Source: a virus (Duplodnaviria > Heunggongvirae > Uroviricota > Caudoviricetes). From it: a stretch of 64,000 bases of DNA. The notes beneath the pieces are model-generated. The model was not told the origin of the DNA and ran no database searches. It saw only the letters and a program-made list of their open reading frames with translations. The stretch spans positions 41,062 to 105,061 of IMG/VR virus record IMGVR_UViG_2770939580_000003. The stretch is one strand, 5' to 3'. The position numbers and the translations under genes are program-made. Positions 59,005-64,000 of the stretch are shown here, one piece after another (position 1 is the first letter of the stretch; every line of letters begins with the position of its first letter).

Positions 59005-59025
59005 AGTATTATCTTTGTGTTTTAA
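59005..59025 (-). repeat. 21-bp intergenic motif copy (plus AGTATTATCTTTGTGTTTTAA) overlapping stop of Gp157 gene
   Basis: exact reading. Confidence 0.7.
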
Positions 59026-59534
59026 GAGATTCTAATGTGTTTTTTATCTGTTACAAGAACCGCACCGTCGACTTCTACCCCATTCTTAACATCCTTAAGC
59101 AAAGCCTTACTGTCGATTTTAGGATCTTGAGCAGTCTTGTATTTATCAGGAATCTTCTTGGGATCAATAATATTGATTGAAGGTGGGTTAGTCTGTAGTT
59201 TAACCTTAAACGTACCAGCATTGACCTTATCGATATTGCTAACCTCAAGTGTGGTCTGCATATAATTCTTCAGCCCATCAAATTTGTTCTGTAGATATTT
59301 GCGCTTCTTCTCAAGTCGCTTTTCTTCATTCTTGAAAGCCTCAATATCGCCCTCAATATTCTTCATAAACTTAACAATGTTCTCAACCTTTACGCTAACT
59401 TCATCTTCAATCGACTCCAGAGTCTCAATGTACATTTGCAAATCATCTTCAGTCAGATCCTCGTCATCCCATGCTGTATCAACAAAGTCATTAAAGCGTC
59501 TGTACTGTTCACCAAGCTCATAAAGTTTACTCAT
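59022..59534 (-). CDS. Siphovirus Gp157-family protein
   Basis: MSKLYELGEQY...coiled coil...KKIPDKYK...GVEVDGAVLVTDKKHIRIS layout typical of Sipho_Gp157. Confidence 0.6.
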   Translation of the reverse strand: MSKLYELGEQYRRFNDFVDTAWDDEDLTEDDLQMYIETLESIEDEVSVKVENIVKFMKNIEGDIEAFKNEEKRLEKKRKYLQNKFDGLKNYMQTTLEVSNIDKVNAGTFKVKLQTNPPSINIIDPKKIPDKYKTAQDPKIDSKALLKDVKNGVEVDGAVLVTDKKHIRIS

Positions 59535-59575
59535 TAAACATTCTCCTCTTTTGTGTATATGTTATGGTCAGTTCT

Positions 59576-59812
59576 CTAAATCAGTACTTCATGTATCTGT
59601 AATCTTTTATCGTATTGAGTTTTAGTTAATTCATACAGAACATAGTAATTGGGGGTATCAATAACATATCCAGTAACTAAATAGTATCTCAACTTTCCAC
59701 CTTCGGGCACAATAACATGACTATTCAATTCGGTAGAAATCATTCGCTCCGTAAGACCTCTTGAAGTCATACCCTTAATTTCTTCCTTGGTTAAATGATT
59801 AACAAATTTCAT
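59576..59812 (-). CDS. hypothetical protein
   Basis: ORF track. Confidence 0.45.
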   Translation of the reverse strand: MKFVNHLTKEEIKGMTSRGLTERMISTELNSHVIVPEGGKLRYYLVTGYVIDTPNYYVLYELTKTQYDKRLQIHEVLI

Positions 59813-59860
59813 ATTTAATCACACTTCTTACTATGTATTTTTCATAAAATCTATGTTTCA

Positions 59861-60142
59861 TTAAATCTCGCTTTCTAACTTATCCAACTCTGACACAGCT
59901 CGTTTAATTTGCTTATTTAAACTTTCAATGCGCTCATTTAATTCTGCCTTTTCTTTTGCGATTACTATTTCAAATGCTTCTGTACTATACGCTTGATCGT
60001 TATAAATAACCCAATCATTACGTAGTTCCGAACCAGACATAACACAACTTCCTTCTTCAAACTGTTGTTTATAGAAGAGAAACTGTTCTTCAATCGATTT
60101 ACTATCCATCTCTTTGGCTCTGATTATAATAACATTCACCAT
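59861..60142 (-). CDS. hypothetical protein
   Basis: ORF track. Confidence 0.45.
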   Translation of the reverse strand: MVNVIIIRAKEMDSKSIEEQFLFYKQQFEEGSCVMSGSELRNDWVIYNDQAYSTEAFEIVIAKEKAELNERIESLNKQIKRAVSELDKLESEI

Positions 60143-61227
60143 CCTTCCTCAAATTCCAGATGTTCTTGAACAGTTTGATAATCTTTGTATAGTTGAGGAT
60201 CTTCTTTAGCTGCTATACTGTAAATTACACTGTAGTTATGTTCACAGTCTCTAAACACTCGACCATCTCCATCCCATTTATCGTAAATGTATGAAGAAAT
60301 GTTGTCATATATTTTATAGTCTAAATCTGATTCGGTTACGAAATCACTCAAACCAGACTCCGCATAACTATACCCATCAGTCCAATCATTCCGATTCGCC
60401 TCTAGACAGTGAGCTAATCTTAAATATTTATTTCTGTCTATGATTGCTTCATTAAGTTCCTTCCAAGAATCTGTGAGCTCAAGATCGTATTTAGCTAATA
60501 ACAAAGCCAACATTTTATTGTACTCTTTTTCCTTTTCTTCCTTCTCCTTTTTAACCCTCGCTTGTTTCATTTTATAGACCTCATCGTTCCAGATCTTTTT
60601 AATCTGATCAATCAAGGATTTTTTCAGTTCCTCTAATCTATTTTCTGAATATTGGGTTGGAATCTGCTTTCTAATTTCTGTAGGGAAATTGTAATATAAT
60701 TCAGTCGTTTGTCTTGATCGTCCAGTTTTATAGCCATAGTAACTATTCCTGATGCCAACTTGCTTTAATAAATCAAAAACTTTGGTTTCAGTTTCTTTGT
60801 TACTTTTTACCCTTTCAACGTTCTTAAGATGGATGTCTTTATCTGTATCTGCAATTGCACAAATAAAACTAATCATTTTCTCAAGAGCATCATTTTTATT
60901 CTCATCAAAAAATACATATGTATAATGCCAGTTTTCTTTATAGTTTACTCCGTTGAGTAATCCTCCTTGTTGGACGAGCTTATCAATGTCGGAGCTATTC
61001 CATTCAACTCTGAGAATTGGCTTATCATTATACCAACCATCTCGATGCTCTGATCGTCTTACACAGAATTCGCTAAGTTTGAGTGGTACAAGATGCTTGA
61101 TTTTCGCCAATCCTGTTGACTCCTCCAACTTCTTAAACTTTGAAGTTGTTAGATCCTTCATTTTCTCAATTTCTTGAACGATCTCATCAAAATTCTTCTC
61201 AATACTTGATGATTCCCATACTCCCAC
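60136..61227 (-). CDS. hypothetical protein (363 aa)
   Basis: ORF track. Confidence 0.55.
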   Translation of the reverse strand: MGVWESSSIEKNFDEIVQEIEKMKDLTTSKFKKLEESTGLAKIKHLVPLKLSEFCVRRSEHRDGWYNDKPILRVEWNSSDIDKLVQQGGLLNGVNYKENWHYTYVFFDENKNDALEKMISFICAIADTDKDIHLKNVERVKSNKETETKVFDLLKQVGIRNSYYGYKTGRSRQTTELYYNFPTEIRKQIPTQYSENRLEELKKSLIDQIKKIWNDEVYKMKQARVKKEKEEKEKEYNKMLALLLAKYDLELTDSWKELNEAIIDRNKYLRLAHCLEANRNDWTDGYSYAESGLSDFVTESDLDYKIYDNISSYIYDKWDGDGRVFRDCEHNYSVIYSIAAKEDPQLYKDYQTVQEHLEFEEGW

Positions 61228-61280
61228 TCACATTTCTCCTCTTCTCAGTAAAATTTACATTTTATAAAGTATTCTATGTA

Positions 61281-61868
61281 TTAGTCTAGTGATTGCATTT
61301 GACTATTCAATCTATCGATTTGTTCTTGAATGTATCTTTTATGAGCTTCTTTTTGTTGGGCTTCAGAATCATTTTGATCTCCATTCCAATTATCTTGAAG
61401 TCTCCACATGTCTTTTTCGTACCCATCAAATGAATCTGCTGCCACGGTCTCATGTCTTTTTACGATGACACTGGGAACATACCAATCGCACCCTACTCCG
61501 CAACATTTATGTCTATAATCAAATCCAGTATCAGTTTCTTCGCAAGTACAATAGCTGCCACGCATATCGTCACTCAATTCGATCGTATAAATAAAGTTTA
61601 GTTCTTTATTCCATTCGTAGGGATCGCTATCTCCATCACCCTTTTCGAAAAAGTTAATAACTATTCTTTCGGGCTCATAATATGAATAATATCCTTCAGG
61701 AGGATCATAGAATACGAACGAAAAATCATATTTATCACATTCTTCAAACAATTGTTTCAATTTTTCATTTAGCTGTTCTATGGTGCGATAATATCCCGCC
61801 ACTTTTGAATTGTCTAAGTCTTTACACTCAACCATGAATTTTTTCAGTTTGGTGAAGAATAATTCCAT
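61281..61868 (-). CDS. hypothetical Cys-rich protein
   Basis: ORF track. Confidence 0.5.
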   Translation of the reverse strand: MELFFTKLKKFMVECKDLDNSKVAGYYRTIEQLNEKLKQLFEECDKYDFSFVFYDPPEGYYSYYEPERIVINFFEKGDGDSDPYEWNKELNFIYTIELSDDMRGSYCTCEETDTGFDYRHKCCGVGCDWYVPSVIVKRHETVAADSFDGYEKDMWRLQDNWNGDQNDSEAQQKEAHKRYIQEQIDRLNSQMQSLD

Positions 61869-61901
61869 CTAAACATACCCCTCACAATATTATTTGTTGT
61901 A

Positions 61902-62270
61902 TTAGCAATATGATCCAATCTTCCGTCTAACCGTGAATCCTCGTGTTTCTAAATACTCATTCAATTCGCGCGCGCTAATGTTTCCATTATATTTACTCTC
62001 AATATCATCAATCAAAATGTCTACTGCCTTGTCTGGCTTCTTAAATGGTTCTGTTGGTTCTGACACTAATATGTATTTGGTTATTCCACCGTCTAATTCT
62101 TCACTATGTATTTTATATCCACGAACATACAACTCTTGAATACGTGCATTGTATCGTAAAGCAATCTTATTTAGTTCTACATTGGTTACACCAGAATCTC
62201 CAGCTCGTTTTAAGGCAGCAATAATCTTATCCCTCTGAGTCTCGGTTCTTTTTTTTGTCTCTTGGTTCAT
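61902..62270 (-). CDS. hypothetical protein
   Basis: ORF track. Confidence 0.5.
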   Translation of the reverse strand: MNQETKKRTETQRDKIIAALKRAGDSGVTNVELNKIALRYNARIQELYVRGYKIHSEELDGGITKYILVSEPTEPFKKPDKAVDILIDDIESKYNGNISARELNEYLETRGFTVRRKIGSYC

Positions 62271-62546
62271 CTATACTCCTTTCTTTGATCTTGCTTCTTT
62301 AAGGCGTTCAGCAGCAGCCTGTTTCTGTTCTTCCGTCCACGCTCTACCACCACTCTTGGCACGAAATGACACTTGCCCATATTCACCTTTAAAATAATGG
62401 CCTCCATGCTCGTCTACACGCAACAGTTCCAATCCAGCCTTTTTGATCTTTGTAATTGTTTTAGGCGAACAGCTATAAACTTCCCACTCATTTGTTTCAT
62501 CATTACATACACATACCGTTTCTCTTTCCTCTGCCGTATAACTCAA
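62271..62546 (-). CDS. hypothetical protein
   Basis: ORF track. Confidence 0.45.
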   Translation of the reverse strand: MSYTAEERETVCVCNDETNEWEVYSCSPKTITKIKKAGLELLRVDEHGGHYFKGEYGQVSFRAKSGGRAWTEEQKQAAAERLKEARSKKGV

Positions 62547-62839
62547 TCGACATCAACTCCCTGTTCCTTCAAATAGTCTTCAGCTTCAATTATGTAGTCC
62601 ATCAACTCTTCATATCTATTGCCTGTCATACTAGCACCTTCTTTGATACCTCTACTGCAAATTGTACAGAGTTCAGAATCTAACTCATTAGCAGCTATGA
62701 CGAGATTTTTTAATATATTTATCAATTTATTGTCGAGTATTATACCTCTTTCGAAGTTCAATTCTCGCCCTGTAGGAGAAAGCAAACTTTCCAAGGCTTT
62801 GGTGTAACTATTGGATTCTTCCTTAGTAAAATCTCTCAC
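62543..62839 (-). CDS. hypothetical protein
   Basis: ORF track. Confidence 0.45.
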   Translation of the reverse strand: MRDFTKEESNSYTKALESLLSPTGRELNFERGIILDNKLINILKNLVIAANELDSELCTICSRGIKEGASMTGNRYEELMDYIIEAEDYLKEQGVDVD

Positions 62840-63156
62840 TCAAATCAACTCCCACAACAATAATCTCTTCTGTTGAACATCTTCAAAACAATTCATCAGG
62901 TTCTTCCTTTGCATTCGTGTTATTTTTAGAACTAAAATAATCTTCCCCGGAAACCTCTCTTCCCGTTGATTGTCTGCATCTCAAACATCTACTTAGAGAT
63001 TCTGACTCATAGATTTCTCCATCACACTTAGCGCATTTGTCTGTCAATATTGCAACGCTCCTTTTTGATCAAAGTTTCATTTCATACCTTTTTATAATTA
63101 ATATAAATACTACTTTTTTCCGATATAGTTACTATTAATCAGAGAGTGGTGAGCTA

Positions 63157-63750
63157 ATGTTAGATAGTTTAAACGATATTGATTTACAGTCTTTAATTTC
63201 CTACCTTTCACCTGTATTAATTCTAATTACTTCTGGAATTTTACTGTTGTTGGCAAACAAACATGAAAGAATTTTATTTACTCCAAAAAGAAACCTTTAT
63301 AGGGTAATAACTAAAATTCTTATCTTATCGATGGTCGGTACTGTATTGGCTACAGTATTAGTTCTATTTGCCACAACATTAGTGAACGATGATACTTTTA
63401 AAGTCACATTGACCTATTTGCTAATTGTTTTTATAGTGTACTTTGTAGTCATGGCTTTGGTTAATGGATGGGTAGAGAAGAACGTTAAGGTCTACCACTG
63501 GGTCTACCTTGAAAAGTATGATTGCAAACCACTACTAATACACAAAGTAACTTTCAATAACAAGTTAATGCTTTCATCAGCACCATCTCCCCAAGACAAG
63601 CTTGATCAAGGTTTAATAATTATTGAGGATGTATCCATTCTAGATAATCAAGAAATCCATTTTATAGGGCCGAAGAAAAGAAACTTTATCTTAACCAACA
63701 GACCAAAAACAGAAGATTTATTGCAGGCGATAGACAATTGCAGACCTTAA
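63157..63750 (+). CDS. membrane protein (3 N-terminal TM helices + soluble C-terminal domain) on the opposite strand; moron-like
   Basis: hydrophobic helices at about aa 20-40, 55-80, 85-110; preceded by TATAAT at about 63092 and GGTGAG RBS. Confidence 0.5.
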   Translation: MLDSLNDIDLQSLISYLSPVLILITSGILLLLANKHERILFTPKRNLYRVITKILILSMVGTVLATVLVLFATTLVNDDTFKVTLTYLLIVFIVYFVVMALVNGWVEKNVKVYHWVYLEKYDCKPLLIHKVTFNNKLMLSSAPSPQDKLDQGLIIIEDVSILDNQEIHFIGPKKRNFILTNRPKTEDLLQAIDNCRP

Positions 63751-63817
63751 ATAAATTAGAGGGAGATCAGTGGTCTTCCTCTTTATATCTGCGTCAAATG
63801 CTGATTTTATTAAAATA

Positions 63818-64000
63818 TTATCGTTCCCAAGACTCTTTAACCCGTTCAATTTGGAGATTTTCTTCATCTTTAATGTCAAAGTCTAGCCTTGCACATTTTT
63901 CAACCTCAACATATTCCTGTTTAAACTCATACTTTCCATCACAACAAGGGCAGCGCAACCAAACTTTCTGCCCATCATTATCAGAATCAAATAGATTCAA
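63818..64000 (-). CDS. hypothetical zinc-ribbon protein, truncated by window edge
   Basis: CPCC near N-terminus; ORF runs off window. Confidence 0.4.
   Translation of the reverse strand: MNLFDSDNDGQKVWLRCPCCDGKYEFKQEYVEVEKCARLDFDIKDEENLQIERVKESWER

Noticed and set aside
1-64000. CRISPR arrays, rRNA/tRNA genes, IS elements
   Set aside because: No regularly spaced direct repeats, no rRNA-like conserved stretches, no cloverleaf candidates noticed (a manual scan cannot exclude tRNAs), and no transposase-like ORFs. The only recurrent repeat is the 21-bp regulatory-type motif reported above.

Overview
AT-rich (Bacillus-like) DNA, about 60 kb of it transcribed right-to-left, carrying the early/replication and nucleotide-metabolism arm of an SPbeta-like temperate phage or prophage. 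Recognisable genes from left to right are listed below.
- **Lysis and attachment:** a holin plus PGRP-type amidase endolysin cassette, then a 3' fragment of a ytfJ/GerW-family sporulation gene abutting a large serine recombinase. I read this as the attachment junction of a phage that integrates into (and probably re-completes) a sporulation gene.
- **Replication and recombination:** a RusA-like resolvase, a DnaE-like PolIII alpha (YorL-like), a SpoVK-like AAA+ ATPase, an actin-like (ParM-family) ATPase with an RHH adaptor, a RecJ-like DHH exonuclease, a TOPRIM primase, a DnaB-like helicase and an ATP-dependent DNA ligase.
- **Regulation and nucleotide metabolism:** a phage sigma factor next to a 609-aa GHKL-ATPase protein, and an nrdE-nrdF-mazG-thyA-dfrA operon.
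- **Accessory genes:** a YopX protein, a CPBP intramembrane protease, an SPFH/band-7 protein with an overlapping small membrane-protein ORF, an orphan N4/N6 DNA methyltransferase, and yolD-uvrX (Y-family polymerase) behind a promoter flanked by two Cheo (LexA) boxes.
- **Smaller recognisable proteins:** a DUF1653 protein, a possible DUF2829/Tad2-like protein, a YpsA/YoqJ-like SLOG protein and a Gp157-family protein.
- **Inserted cargo:** three rightward-transcribed insertions that look like morons (a lysine-rich small protein, a secreted stalk/PepSY protein and a 3-TM membrane protein).
- **Repeated motif:** a 21-bp motif (minus-strand TTTAAAACACAAAGATAATACT) repeated at least 7-9 times in intergenic regions, always in the same orientation, is a candidate phage-specific promoter or operator.
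- **Not found:** no rRNA, tRNA or CRISPR array. The many small ORFs could not be assigned a function.
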